Shown: positions 26,476-36,424, counted from the stretch's first letter. The stretch is DNA of 64,000 nt from Woeseia sp. (GCA_040902105.1 JBBDXW010000053.1:17842-81841), one strand, 5' to 3'. A program made the numbers and translations. The notes: generated from the sequence alone by a model not told the origin.

Positions 26476-27243
26476 ATGGCATTACCAACGATCGGACTGA
26501 TCGCCGCAATCGTCATCATCCTTCTTTACAACACCATCAAGGTGTTGAAAGAGTACGAACGCGGCGTCGTGTTTTTCCTCGGCCGTTTCCAACGGGTCAA
26601 GGGACCGGGGCTGATTCTGCTGTTGCCCGTGATCCAGACAATGACCAAAGTGGACTTGCGCGTCATCGTTCTCGACGTACCGACCCAGGACGTCATCTCG
26701 AGAGACAACGTTTCGGTCAAGGTGAACGCCGTCATTTACTTCCGCATCGTTGATCCTGAAAAAGCCGTGATTCGTGTGGCGAACGTGTTCGAAGCCACGA
26801 GCCAGCTTTCGCAGACGACTCTCAGATCCGTACTCGGTCAGCACCAACTGGACGACATGCTCGCCGAGCGCGACAAACTCAATGCCGACATCCAGGCCAT
26901 CCTCGATCAGCGAACCGATAACTGGGGCATCAAGGTCGCGAACGTCGAAATCAAGCACGTCGATCTTGACCCGAGCATGATCCGCGCGATTGCACAGCAG
27001 GCGGAAGCGGAGCGCTCACGGCGCGCGAAAGTGATCAACGCGGAAGGCGAAAAACAGGCCGCCGCTCAGCTCGCCGAGGCCGCCCGCATACTCGGTGGAG
27101 AGAAGCAGGCGTTGCAGCTTCGTTACCTGCAGACGCTCAAGGAAGTGGCGAATGAAAGATCCAACACCATCATTTTCCCGCTGCCGCTCGACCTGATCGA
27201 ACCCCTGCTGGAGTTGCGCAAAGGCACCAGGAAGCCAGACTGA
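26476..27243 (+). CDS. SPFH/band-7 (stomatin/slipin-like) protein
   Basis: 255 aa. N-terminal TM then [66 protein letters not shown]. Classic pairing with the upstream NfeD gene. Confidence 0.9.
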   Translation: MALPTIGLIAAIVIILLYNTIKVLKEYERGVVFFLGRFQRVKGPGLILLLPVIQTMTKVDLRVIVLDVPTQDVISRDNVSVKVNAVIYFRIVDPEKAVIRVANVFEATSQLSQTTLRSVLGQHQLDDMLAERDKLNADIQAILDQRTDNWGIKVANVEIKHVDLDPSMIRAIAQQAEAERSRRAKVINAEGEKQAAAQLAEAARILGGEKQALQLRYLQTLKEVANERSNTIIFPLPLDLIEPLLELRKGTRKPD

Positions 27244-27274
27244 TCGTATCGGTGCCCGTATCGGTGCCGGCGTA

Positions 27275-28612
27275 TCAAAGTGTTACGGTAATTTTGGCGC
27301 CGCCGAGTGTGGAGGCGGCGATTCGCACGTCGCCGCCGTAGGAGACGGCAATGTCCCGAACCACGGCGAGGCCGATACCGTGGCCCGGCGCCGACTCGTC
27401 CAGGCGCATGCCGCGCTCGAGAAGGATGTCGGCCAGTTCGGCCGGAATTCCCGGGCCGTCATCGGCAACAACCAGTTCCAGCCCGGCCCCGGCCGTCGGC
27501 CGGATCTGCAACTCGACCCGCGCACGACACCACTTGCAGGCGTTGTCCAGCAGGTTGCCCGCGAGTTCGAGAAAGTCGCCGCGGTCGCCGCGAAACACCA
27601 CGCCGTCGGCAACATCCAGCGCGATGTCCGGATTCTTGTCCTTGTAGACCTTCAATAACCCATCGACGAGACGCTGCAGTTCCTTCTCGACCGCAACCGC
27701 CGCCATGCCGAAACCTTCCGCCGCATAGCTCGCCGGTTTGCGCAGCTGGTAACGGACAATATCGTGCATGCGTTCGACCTGGCCCGAGACTCGCCGGCCG
27801 AGTTCCGATTCCGGATGCTCCGCGATGACCGAACGCATCGCCGCCAGGGGCGTTTTGAGGCTGTGCGCGAGGTTGTCCAGTGTGTGCATATATCGTTCCG
27901 AGCGCGCGCGCTCGCTGCCGATAAGCAGGTTCACGTTGCGCGCTACGCCGTTCAGTTCCGACGGCAGGTTTTCCGACAACGATTGCCGACGCCCCTCCTC
28001 GATCTCCGCGATCTGACTTTCAATCTGCCGCAAGGGGCGAAGGATTACCCGCATGACGAGCGAAATGGAGAACAGCATGACGATCGCCACCGCGGCAAAC
28101 CAGCCGAGCAGTTGGCGGCGAAACGCCGCGATCTGTGCATAGTACTCATCCAGGCTTTCGGCAACGCTGAACGTATACGGATCGAGGTCGCCGCTCGGCA
28201 GTTCCCAGGCGACCGCAAGGCTCAGCGCCATGAGTTCGGTACCGTCGTCGAGCACGATTCCGGCATAGTGGCTTTCGCCCTGAACCGGCGGCGCGGCGTA
28301 CGGAAGGTCGACACCTAGAGTGGAACGTGATCGCCACACCGTCTCGCCGCGCACGTTGCGCAACTCACCGTAGAGGCCGGAGCGCGGGTTGCCGAAGCGC
28401 GGCTCGGGGAGATCGGGCGGCAATTCCAGCTCCCCCTCGTCGTTTGGTTCCGCGGCCGCGAGCAAAGACATAAGATGCCCGTCGAGAATGTGCCTCTGGG
28501 CCTGTTCGCCGGTTTCGCGAAATGCGAGGTCCAGTACGACGATCGTGGCGCCGAAGAAAATGAGCAGCAGCAGACTGACCGCAAGCAACAGGCGGACGCT
28601 GAGCGACGACAT
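27275..28612 (-). CDS. sensor histidine kinase (PhoQ/QseC-like)
   Basis: ATG at 28612 overlaps the regulator stop (ATGA). Two TM segments, H-box LDNLAHSLKTPLAAM, N-box LLDNACKW, G-boxes DDGPGIP and GHGIGLAVV. Confidence 0.88.
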   Translation of the reverse strand: MSSLSVRLLLAVSLLLLIFFGATIVVLDLAFRETGEQAQRHILDGHLMSLLAAAEPNDEGELELPPDLPEPRFGNPRSGLYGELRNVRGETVWRSRSTLGVDLPYAAPPVQGESHYAGIVLDDGTELMALSLAVAWELPSGDLDPYTFSVAESLDEYYAQIAAFRRQLLGWFAAVAIVMLFSISLVMRVILRPLRQIESQIAEIEEGRRQSLSENLPSELNGVARNVNLLIGSERARSERYMHTLDNLAHSLKTPLAAMRSVIAEHPESELGRRVSGQVERMHDIVRYQLRKPASYAAEGFGMAAVAVEKELQRLVDGLLKVYKDKNPDIALDVADGVVFRGDRGDFLELAGNLLDNACKWCRARVELQIRPTAGAGLELVVADDGPGIPAELADILLERGMRLDESAPGHGIGLAVVRDIAVSYGGDVRIAASTLGGAKITVTL

Positions 28613-29298
28613 CAGGCGGTCTGATTTCGCTCTAGTGCAAAGCGATATCCGCGCCCCCGCAGCGTCTCGATCGGTTTTATGCGGTTTTCCGGATCCATCT
28701 TTTTGCGCAGCCTGCCGATAAAGACTTCGATGACGTTGCTGTCGCGTTCGAAATCCTGGTCGTACAGCCGATCGGTAAGCTCGGCCTTGGATATCACTTC
28801 GCCCGCCCGCATCATCAGGTGTTCGATAATGCGGTACTCGAACCCCGTCAGTTCGACGACTTTGCCGTCGACCGTGAGCTCCTGTCGTGCAGTATCGAGT
28901 GATACGGGTCCGGCTGACAGCGTCGATGACGCCCAGCCGCCGCTCCTTCGCAACAACGCGTTGACGCGTGCCAGTACTTCTTCGAAATGAAACGGCTTGA
29001 CGACGTAGTCGTCGGCGCCGGCCGCAAGCCCGTCGACCTTGTCCTGCCAGCGGTCGCGTGCCGTGAGCACGAGGATCGGCCAGGTTTTGCCTTTTTCCCG
29101 AACCTGGCGAATGAGTTCGAGGCCGGAAATTTCCGGCAGCCCGAGGTCGACAATCGCGAGGTCCACGGGATATTCGAGCGCAAAGTAGAGCCCTTCCCGG
29201 CCGTCGCCGGCGCGCTCGATGCCGAAGCCCTGTTCGGCAAGCTGCCTGCAAAGCGACTCGCGCAGGGTTTGGTCGTCTTCAATTACCAGCAAACGCAT
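28612..29298 (-). CDS. OmpR/PhoB-family response regulator
   Basis: MRLLVIEDDQTLRESL..DLAIVDLGLPEISGLEL..LTARD receiver domain plus a winged-helix output domain (..LRGRGYRF). Confidence 0.92.
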   Translation of the reverse strand: MRLLVIEDDQTLRESLCRQLAEQGFGIERAGDGREGLYFALEYPVDLAIVDLGLPEISGLELIRQVREKGKTWPILVLTARDRWQDKVDGLAAGADDYVVKPFHFEEVLARVNALLRRSGGWASSTLSAGPVSLDTARQELTVDGKVVELTGFEYRIIEHLMMRAGEVISKAELTDRLYDQDFERDSNVIEVFIGRLRKKMDPENRIKPIETLRGRGYRFALERNQTA

Positions 29299-29305
29299 GC
29301 ATCGC

Positions 29306-29632
29306 TCACTCGGAACGTCGGGTGCGTCCGGGAATCTCGACGGTTTTGACCTTGCCGTCTTCGGTCAGGACCTTGATATGGTGAACTTCGCGTTTCCCGC
29401 TGATGCGGGTTTCGGCGCTGACGATGCGGCCGTTGTACTGCCGCCTGACCTGTTCCACGGCTTCGCCGAGCGTCGGACCGTCGTTCTGCACGACCAGCAG
29501 GTTTCCCAGGTTTCCGCCGGCCGCGCTGTCCCTGTGCCGGCCGTCGTTAGCAGAGAAACGGTCGCTCGCGGCGGCGGTCGCGCTTACGCACAGCAGAACC
29601 GCGGGGAGTAACAATTTCGTCAGCATACGCAT
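29306..29632 (-). CDS. PepSY-domain periplasmic protein
   Basis: Internal ATG at 29632 gives MRMLTKLLLPAVLLCVSATAAAS (signal peptide) ...LGEAVEQVRRQYNGRIVSAETRISGKREVHHIKVLTEDGKVKTVEI. It is the first gene of the two-component operon. Confidence 0.75.
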   Translation of the reverse strand: MRMLTKLLLPAVLLCVSATAAASDRFSANDGRHRDSAAGGNLGNLLVVQNDGPTLGEAVEQVRRQYNGRIVSAETRISGKREVHHIKVLTEDGKVKTVEIPGRTRRSE

Positions 29633-29753
29633 TGAATAGTGTGCCTCGAAATGACAGGCGGCAAGTCTGGTGGGTTGCCGGGGCGATTGCAACGAAGGAA
29701 GTCCACAACCGCTCCCGGCCCGGAACCGTGCCGGAGACAGGATCAGGTGACGC

Positions 29754-30326
29754 TCAGGGCACCGGCCGAACGTCGACGCGGATACGGATGCGGTCGCCCG
29801 GATCGTACGGCGTGTCGGTGGCGTATTTCCGGCCGTGATAGCTGTAAATAACGCGGTAGCTGTCGACGCGCTGCTCCTCATGAGAGCTGTAACGAGTTTC
29901 GCAGCGCTGTACCGGGCGCGTATAGCGGGTGCTTTCATAATACGGCGCCGAACGGCGGGCGGCATCGTTGGCGATGGCGGCGCCGAACAACGTGCCGGCC
30001 ACGGTTGCGGCATCGTTGCCGCGACCACTGCCGAACTGGTGACCGATCACACCGCCGACGATTGCCCCGACCAGGGTGCTGGCGGCGCTGCCCGGGGGAC
30101 GATGGTCCACCGTGTACGAGCGATTCTCTTCCCAGCACTCTCTGACCGGCGTCGTGACCGTGACGTAGCGAACGTTCGGCTGGACACTCAATACCTTTGC
30201 ATAATCGTACACGACGCCGCGCCTGCCATAGTCATCATCGTCATCGGCCCGGACGGGCTTGGCGGCAAGGACCAGCGTCAGCACGGCTGCGCCGGATACG
30301 GTTGCAATCCACGGCTTGCGGTTCAT
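29754..30326 (-). CDS. glycine-zipper outer-membrane protein, YcfJ-like
   Basis: ATG at 30326 gives MNRKPWIATVSGAAVLTLVLAA...TPVRECWEE...STLVGAIVGGVIGHQFGSGRGNDAATVAGTLFGAAIAN...RCETRY, colinear with E. coli YcfJ (GAVAGGVIGHQFGGGRGKDVATVVGAL). Confidence 0.75.
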   Translation of the reverse strand: MNRKPWIATVSGAAVLTLVLAAKPVRADDDDDYGRRGVVYDYAKVLSVQPNVRYVTVTTPVRECWEENRSYTVDHRPPGSAASTLVGAIVGGVIGHQFGSGRGNDAATVAGTLFGAAIANDAARRSAPYYESTRYTRPVQRCETRYSSHEEQRVDSYRVIYSYHGRKYATDTPYDPGDRIRIRVDVRPVP

Positions 30327-30480
30327 TTTGCTACTCCCGGTTCTGGCCATGCGGCCCGAACAAAGCCTTCGAGCCTGGGGCGAACAATAGTGCGGGGGCA
30401 ATGAACCGTGGCTGAATGCCCGGGTGGGGGTGGCGAGCGGGCGCTCCCGTTTGGCTGGGGGCGTTTCTTTTGGGCGGGTG

Positions 30481-30559
30481 GCGCGGAGGTCCGGGGGACC
30501 CTTTTTCAGTCGCTCCACGAAATTCGCTTGGTGAAAAAGGGTCCCCCGGACCTCCACGC
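30481..30559. repeat. 28-bp inverted repeat (1 mismatch) with a 23-nt spacer
   Basis: gcgcggaggtccgggggaccctttttca (30481-30508) and tgaaaaagggtcccccggacctccacgc (30532-30559). The single mismatch is G-U compatible on the minus-strand transcript. Confidence 0.8.
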
Positions 30560-30577
30560 CCGTAGCCTGTGAGGAGG

Positions 30578-31387
30578 CTAGCTCTTTCCGGGAACTGTGG
30601 GAGCGCGCTCGCGGGATTTTGCGGCTTGCCAGTGGCGCTCCAGGGTTTCGAGGTCGAGTTCGGTCATGGTGGCGCCGCTCGTTCTGATGTCCTGCTCCAT
30701 CTGGCGGAAGCGGCGCTCGAATTTGCGGTTTGCGTTGTTGAGTGCTTCTTCGGGGTCGATTCTGAGGTGCCTTGCGAGATTGGTGACGGCGAAAAGCAGG
30801 TCTCCGAGTTCTTCGGACTCTTGCGCCGCGTCGTTGCGGCTCATTGCATCTCTCAGTTCGGCAAGTTCCTCCAGGATTTTGTCGGTCGGGCCTTCGGGGT
30901 CGGGCCAGTCGAAGCCCGCAGCGGCGGCGCGTTTTCCGATTTTGTCGGCCCGTTTCAAGGACGGGAGCGCCAGCGCAATGTCATCCAGCACGCTGTCCCT
31001 GGAGCGATTGCGCGCCGCGCGCTCGGCCGCTTTTATTCTCTCCCAGCTTCCTTTAACCGCGCCGCGCCTTATGTCCTCGTCGCTGCCGAAGACGTGCGGA
31101 TGACGGCGCAGCATCTTGTCGGCGATGCCGAGCGCCACGTCGTCGAAGGTGAATGCGCCGGACTCCTTTGCCACCTGCGCATGAAACACGACCTGCAACA
31201 GCAGATCGCCGAGTTCATCGCGGATACCGTCGACGTCGTCACGGCGGATGGCGTCGATGACTTCGTACGCTTCTTCGAGAGTGTAAGGCGCAAGCGAGGC
31301 GAAGTCCTGTTCGCGGTCCCAGGGGCATCCGGATTCAGGATCTCGAAGCTTCGCCATGATATCAAGTAATTTCTCGATAGGTTTCAT
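30578..31387 (-). CDS. mazG: nucleoside triphosphate pyrophosphohydrolase MazG
   Basis: MKPIEKLLDIMAKLRDPESGCPWDREQDFASLAPYTLEEAYEVIDAI.. with two MazG domains, 269 aa. Confidence 0.92.
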   Translation of the reverse strand: MKPIEKLLDIMAKLRDPESGCPWDREQDFASLAPYTLEEAYEVIDAIRRDDVDGIRDELGDLLLQVVFHAQVAKESGAFTFDDVALGIADKMLRRHPHVFGSDEDIRRGAVKGSWERIKAAERAARNRSRDSVLDDIALALPSLKRADKIGKRAAAAGFDWPDPEGPTDKILEELAELRDAMSRNDAAQESEELGDLLFAVTNLARHLRIDPEEALNNANRKFERRFRQMEQDIRTSGATMTELDLETLERHWQAAKSRERAPTVPGKS

Positions 31388-31398
31388 AAGTCTTTGTT

Positions 31399-32043
31399 TT
31401 AATGATTCATGTAAAGGATCTCGCGCAGCTTCAGCAGGATGTTCGCGGTGGCGCCCCAGATCCGTTCCTCGGCGAAGCGAAACTCGACGATCGGTACCCG
31501 CATGCCGTTGTATTCGCGCTCCGAGGCTCGCTGGTTCGCGGCATCGAGCAGATACGCCAGCGGCACTTCGAAGGTCCGCTCGACCTCCGCGGGGTCGACA
31601 ACCAGCGCGGTGCCCGGCCGCACGAGCCCGATCACCGCCGTTACGGCGTAACCGGTAATGGTCGGTGTCGGTTCGAGGTAACCGGCAACCTCGACGTCAG
31701 CCGGCTGAATGCCGATCTCTTCCCAGGTCTCGCGCAGCGCCGTTGCCTGTATGTCGGCATCGCCGATCTCCATGCGCCCGCCAGGGAAACTGACCTGGCT
31801 GGCGTGATAGCGCAATGCCGCCGAGCGGCGGGTCAGCAACACCGACAATGCATCCTCATGTTCGATGAGTGGAATGAGCACGCCCGCGGGCTTGAGGTCG
31901 GCGATCAATTTCGCGCGCAGTTCAGGCGGCCATTGCTGCAGCGACGGCGGCATTACGATGCACAGCGGATCGCGCGGCATCGCGGTGTCCGCGAGCCGTT
32001 CGCGTATGTCGCGCGCGGACAGCTTATGGGGCGTTGCCGACAC
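31399..32043 (-). CDS. CoA pyrophosphatase (NUDIX, NudL-like)
   Basis: ..LLTRRSAALRYHASQVSFPGGRMEIGDADIQATALRETWEEIGI (NUDIX box plus the CoA-type upstream motif). GTG start overlaps the fumC stop by 1 nt. Confidence 0.8.
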   Translation of the reverse strand: MSATPHKLSARDIRERLADTAMPRDPLCIVMPPSLQQWPPELRAKLIADLKPAGVLIPLIEHEDALSVLLTRRSAALRYHASQVSFPGGRMEIGDADIQATALRETWEEIGIQPADVEVAGYLEPTPTITGYAVTAVIGLVRPGTALVVDPAEVERTFEVPLAYLLDAANQRASEREYNGMRVPIVEFRFAEERIWGATANILLKLREILYMNH

Positions 32044-33431
32044 TATTGTTTGATGCCGCCTTCGGTAAGCGTTGCAGGATCGAGCAGGCGGTCGAGTTCT
32101 GCGTCCGTCAAATCCGTCATCTCACGTGCGACCTCCCTGATCTCTCTTCCGTCGCCGTACGCTTTTTTGGCGATTTCCGCACCTTTCTCGTAGCCGATAA
32201 CCGGGTTCAGCGCGGTGACGAGGATCGGGTTGCGGCCGACGGCCCGGTTTATGTTGCCCTCATTGACGCGGAAATCCCGGATGGTTTCGCCCGCCAGGCA
32301 ATTCGCCGAGCTGGCCAGGATCTCGACGCTTTGCAACAGGTTGTAGGCCACCACCGGCAACATGACGTTGAGCTGAAAACTGCCGGACTGCCCGGCGATG
32401 GCAATCGTCGCGTCGTTGCCGATGACCTGGGCGCAGACCATGGCAACCGCCTCCGGGATCACCGGATTGACCTTGCCGGGCATGATGCTCGATCCCGGCT
32501 GCAGCTCCGGCAACTCGATTTCGCCGATGCCGGCCAGGGGGCCGGAATTCATCCAGCGCAGGTCGTTGACGATTTTCGTCAGCGCAACGGCAAGTGTCCG
32601 GAGTTGACCGGATGTTTCCACGGCGGTGTCCTGGCTGCTCATGGCCGCGAACAGCGAGTCGGCCCGCCGGAACTCGATGCCCGTCCGCTCGCTTAGCAGC
32701 ACCGCGACCTTGCTGCCGAACTTGGGATGCGCATTGATGCCGGTGCCGACCGCGGTGCCGCCCTGCGCGATGGCAGTCAGCCGCTGCAGCGTGTCCCGCA
32801 GCCTTTCGCTGCTGCTGGCGATCTGCGACGCCCAGCCGTCCAGTTCCTGTCCCATTGTCACCGGCATTGCGTCCATCAGGTGGGTCCGGCCCGTCTTGAC
32901 TATCGTCCTCGTCTCGTCCGCTTTCCTGCCCAGCGCTTTCTCAAGCTTTGCGAGTGCCGGCAATAATTCGTCGTGAATAGCAATCGCCGCACTGACGTGC
33001 ACACACGTGGGAATGACGTCGTTGCTGCTCTGGCTCATGTTGACGTGATCGTTTGCGTGCACCGGGGTGCCAAGGTGACTGCTTGCGAGACGCGCTACGA
33101 CCTCGTTCGCATTCATGTTCGAACTGGTTCCGGACCCGGTCTGAAACACATCGATCGGGAAATGCGCGTCGTAGTCGCCCGCGGCTACGGCGAGTGCCGC
33201 TTTTTGAATCGCGACCGCCTTGTCGCTGGTTATAAGACCGAGTTCCGCGTTGGCGCCGGCAGCGGCCCATTTGACGAGCCCGAGCGCAGCGATGAACCGT
33301 CTCGGCATCGGAATGCCGCTGATATGGAAGTTCAATACGGCGCGCTGTGTCTGCGCGCCCCACAATGCGTCTGCCGGGACTTCGAGTTCACCCATGGTGT
33401 CGTGTTCGGTGCGAAAGGACTTCTCGCTCAT
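32043..33431 (-). CDS. fumC: class II fumarate hydratase
   Basis: 462 aa. MSEKSFRTEHDTMGELEVPADALWGAQTQRA.. and signature GSSIMPGKVNP. Confidence 0.95.
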   Translation of the reverse strand: MSEKSFRTEHDTMGELEVPADALWGAQTQRAVLNFHISGIPMPRRFIAALGLVKWAAAGANAELGLITSDKAVAIQKAALAVAAGDYDAHFPIDVFQTGSGTSSNMNANEVVARLASSHLGTPVHANDHVNMSQSSNDVIPTCVHVSAAIAIHDELLPALAKLEKALGRKADETRTIVKTGRTHLMDAMPVTMGQELDGWASQIASSSERLRDTLQRLTAIAQGGTAVGTGINAHPKFGSKVAVLLSERTGIEFRRADSLFAAMSSQDTAVETSGQLRTLAVALTKIVNDLRWMNSGPLAGIGEIELPELQPGSSIMPGKVNPVIPEAVAMVCAQVIGNDATIAIAGQSGSFQLNVMLPVVAYNLLQSVEILASSANCLAGETIRDFRVNEGNINRAVGRNPILVTALNPVIGYEKGAEIAKKAYGDGREIREVAREMTDLTDAELDRLLDPATLTEGGIKQ

Positions 33432-33574
33432 TGCGTATTATTCTCCGCGCGGTTCGGCAGCGAACTGCTCAATGTCTGTTACGGATATCAATGGTGTATG
33501 ATTCGCGCTTTGTCAGTCCAAGTCCAGCGGGTTGCGAATCCGGACATGGTTGGTCTTATAGTTCGAGTGTGCTC

Positions 33575-34933
33575 ATGAGCCTCAAAGCGTTGTCGCCGGT
33601 CGACGGCCGTTATGCCGGCAAGGTCGACGCATTACGCAACCTCTGCAGCGAATACGGACTCATCCGTTTTCGCGTGCTGGTCGAAGTCCGCTGGTTACAG
33701 TGGCTCTCGGACGAGCCGTCCGTCGAAGAGCTGGCGCCGTTCTCGATGCCGATGAAAGGCGTTCTGAACCGCATCGCCGACGAGTTTTCCTTTGACGATG
33801 CCGAATGGATCAAAAAGGCCGAAGCGAAGACGAATCACGACGTTAAAGCGGTGGAGTACTTCCTCAGAGACCGGATCGGCACCGGCAGCGACGTCGGGAA
33901 CGCCGGGGATTTCGTGCATTTCGGCTGCACCTCGGACGACGTCAACAACCTCGCTTACGCTTTGATGCTGCGTAGCGCTCGCGACGACGTACTCGTTCCC
34001 GCCATGAAAGAACTTGCGGCCAAGCTGCGCGCGGTGGCGGGCGCACATGCAGAATTGTCGATGTTGTCGCGAACTCATGGGCAGCCTGCGAGCCCGACGA
34101 CCCTGGGCAAGGAGATGGCCAACGTTACCGCCCGGCTTGTGCGCGCACAGAAGCAATTGTCGAACGTAGAGCTTCGCGGCAAGTGGAACGGCGCCGTCGG
34201 CAACTTCAACGCTCATGTGGTCGCCTATCCGGAAATCGACTGGCCCGAACTCAGCCGCAAATTTGTCGTATCGCTTGGTCTGGACCCGAACCTTCACACT
34301 ACACAGATCGAACCGCACGACTGGACTGCGGAATATGCACACGCGCTCGCCCGTTATAACACCGTGTTGCTCGATTTCTGCCGGGACATGTGGGGCTATA
34401 TTTCACTCGGCTACTTCCGGCAGCGCGTGAATGCCGATGAAGTCGGTTCCTCGACCATGCCGCACAAGGTCAACCCTATCGACTTCGAGAATGCGGAAGG
34501 CAACCTGGGAATTTCCTCTGCCCTGCTGAATCACTTTGCCGCAAAATTACCTGTCTCGCGGTGGCAGCGCGACTTGAGCGATTCCACGGTGCAAAGGAAT
34601 TTCGGCACCGCAATCGCGCACGCGCTGATTTCCATTCAGTCCGTGAAAAAAGGGCTCGACAAACTTCAGGTGGACGCCGACGCTGTGGCGCGTGACGTCG
34701 AAGGGGCATGGGAAGTGCTTGGTGAAGCCGTCCAGACCGTGATGCGGCGGTACGGGATACCGGAGCCGTACGAAAAATTGAAATCGCTGACCCGGGGGCA
34801 GCCTGTCACGCAGGAAGTCATGCGGGATTTCATCAAGTCCCTGGAGATCCCGGCCGATGCAAAGAAGCGTTTGCTTGCGCTGACACCATCGGGCTACACG
34901 GGGGTCGCCGGATTACTCGCCCGGTCCGCCTGA
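33575..34933 (+). CDS. purB: adenylosuccinate lyase
   Basis: ATG at 33575 gives MSLKALSPVDGRYAGKVDALRNLCSEYGLIRFRVLVEVRWLQ.., ..SSTMPHKVNPIDFEN.., about 452 aa, colinear with E. coli PurB. Confidence 0.95.
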   Translation: MSLKALSPVDGRYAGKVDALRNLCSEYGLIRFRVLVEVRWLQWLSDEPSVEELAPFSMPMKGVLNRIADEFSFDDAEWIKKAEAKTNHDVKAVEYFLRDRIGTGSDVGNAGDFVHFGCTSDDVNNLAYALMLRSARDDVLVPAMKELAAKLRAVAGAHAELSMLSRTHGQPASPTTLGKEMANVTARLVRAQKQLSNVELRGKWNGAVGNFNAHVVAYPEIDWPELSRKFVVSLGLDPNLHTTQIEPHDWTAEYAHALARYNTVLLDFCRDMWGYISLGYFRQRVNADEVGSSTMPHKVNPIDFENAEGNLGISSALLNHFAAKLPVSRWQRDLSDSTVQRNFGTAIAHALISIQSVKKGLDKLQVDADAVARDVEGAWEVLGEAVQTVMRRYGIPEPYEKLKSLTRGQPVTQEVMRDFIKSLEIPADAKKRLLALTPSGYTGVAGLLARSA

Positions 34934-35277
34934 GCGCATCGCGGGATCGCCGAGTCCATAATATGGAACCGTGAGAAGCGTGCTAATCTCCTGTCAGGGA
35001 ACCGCAACGGGTTGTCAGCGGGCGAGATCGAGGTGGCGACGGGCCGGGTTACCTGTAATCTCCGAAAAACGTGACACAGTTGGCAACGGGTCTGTCGGAT
35101 CGGCCGTTAAGATTGCACCACTTGCGACGCTTGCGGAACGTTTAAGCGCGGTGAAACCGGGTCATCTGGGAAAAAGTCATTAGCAGAAAAAAAAGCCGAA
35201 AAATCCTTCATTGATTTCTCAGCCCCGCGTTACGATACGCTTCCGATTCTGCTAACCCGACCGCTCTCGCGCCGACA

Positions 35278-35850
35278 ATGACGCCAGTATCCGCAACTGT
35301 AGCGCACTGCGTTTTTCAGCATACGATCAAGAATGGCAACGAACGGGAAATGATGGAACAAGCTCGAAAAAAAGGTCGACGCTGGGTCATTTCAACGCAG
35401 GAAGAAATGCGTCAGGCCGTGATCGACGTTGCAAGCGAGGCCACGCGCCGGATCTCCATCTTTACTCACGACCTCGAGCCCGGCATCTACGACGATCCGG
35501 ATTTCCTGGAAGTCGTGAAACGACTCGTACTTTCCCAGGCATATGCCCGGATTCGCGTCCTCATTGCCGACCCTGCGCGTGCCGTGAAGAACGGCAACAA
35601 TTTTGTACACCTGGGCCGGCGGCTCAATACCTACATAGAATTTCGTCACGTACGGGAAGACCTGCGTACCCATACGGAATCTTTCTGTATTGCTGACGAC
35701 ATTGCTCTCGTGTACCGCCTGCAGGCGAGCCGCGGCGAAGGCATAGCCGATACCTACGAGCCCGGAGTCGCGAAGGTTTACGGCAAGCTGTTCGACGAGA
35801 TCTGGCTGGCCAGCGAAGTGGAAACCGAATTCCGTCAACTCGGCATCTGA
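35278..35850 (+). CDS. conserved hypothetical protein, possibly a degenerate PLD-like fold
   Basis: ..ATRRISIFTHDLEPGIYDDPDFLEVVKRLVL..ARIRVLIAD...RTHTESFCIADDIALVYR. The H-x-E-x4-D segment resembles the PLD HxKx4D motif but lacks the Lys. Start is ATG 35278 or ATG 35350. Confidence 0.5.
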   Translation: MTPVSATVAHCVFQHTIKNGNEREMMEQARKKGRRWVISTQEEMRQAVIDVASEATRRISIFTHDLEPGIYDDPDFLEVVKRLVLSQAYARIRVLIADPARAVKNGNNFVHLGRRLNTYIEFRHVREDLRTHTESFCIADDIALVYRLQASRGEGIADTYEPGVAKVYGKLFDEIWLASEVETEFRQLGI

Positions 35851-35871
35851 TTCCAGAGCCGTACACCCGCC

Positions 35872-36363
35872 GTGTTACCGACCGATCTGACAGTTGCTGC
35901 TGTCGTTCCGCTTGACGGCCGCTATCTGATGGTCGAAGAACGTTCATCGGGCGTGGTGGTCGTGACGCAGCCTGGAGGCCATATCGAAGCGAACGAAACG
36001 CCGGAACAGGCCGTGGTGCGCGAGACCCTGGAGGAAACCCGCTGTACCGTCAAGGTAGACGAGCTGCTGGGCGTTTACCTCTGGATCCATCCGCAGACGC
36101 GCCAGCAGTTCCTGCGCATCGTGTATGTCGCGAACCTGATTGGCGAGGACCGCTCGCGCGCGCTCGACGACGGCATTCATGCAGTGCATTGGTATACGCC
36201 GGATGACTTGAACCGCCGCCGCAAATCGCTGCGCTCGCCGCTCGTCATGCGCTCGATTGAAGACTTTGTCGCCGGACAGCGTAAGCCGAGATCGTTTCTT
36301 GACGACATGCTGCCTGTGCAACGGAACGTGGACCGGGTACTCGCGAGCGCGTCGTTGATCTGA
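35872..36363 (+). CDS. NUDIX hydrolase (NudJ-like)
   Basis: GTG start. NUDIX box GGHIEANETPEQAVVRETLEETRC. Sits next to mnmA, as nudJ does in E. coli. Confidence 0.85.
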   Translation: MLPTDLTVAAVVPLDGRYLMVEERSSGVVVVTQPGGHIEANETPEQAVVRETLEETRCTVKVDELLGVYLWIHPQTRQQFLRIVYVANLIGEDRSRALDDGIHAVHWYTPDDLNRRRKSLRSPLVMRSIEDFVAGQRKPRSFLDDMLPVQRNVDRVLASASLI

Positions 36364-36424
36364 GCGGGGATCCGACCGTGCCGTCCGGGATGCCCTCGTC
36401 TCCCGCGATGATAAAATCCCCGCC

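Noticed and set aside
24113-26509. Very long ORFs antisense to or out of frame with real genes. Examples are 24113..25375, 25427..26509, 802..1614, 37792..39390, 57335..58657, 19849..20568 and 27275..29251 in its full length.
   Set aside because: Their translations are Arg/Ala/Gly/Pro-rich and have no recognisable domains. They overlap strongly supported genes on the other strand or frame. Such shadow ORFs are typical of GC-rich DNA.
30421-30480. Plus-strand G-tracts as a G-quadruplex regulatory element.
   Set aside because: The tract spacing is irregular and GC-rich genomes contain many such runs. There is no evidence beyond composition, so it is mentioned only as context.
34934-35277. Riboswitch or housekeeping RNA in the purB-downstream spacer.
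   Set aside because: I compared it by eye with remembered cores of RNase P, 6S, tmRNA, 4.5S, cobalamin, ZTP, c-di-GMP-I and ykkC and found no match. It is kept only as an unassigned spacer within a finding.
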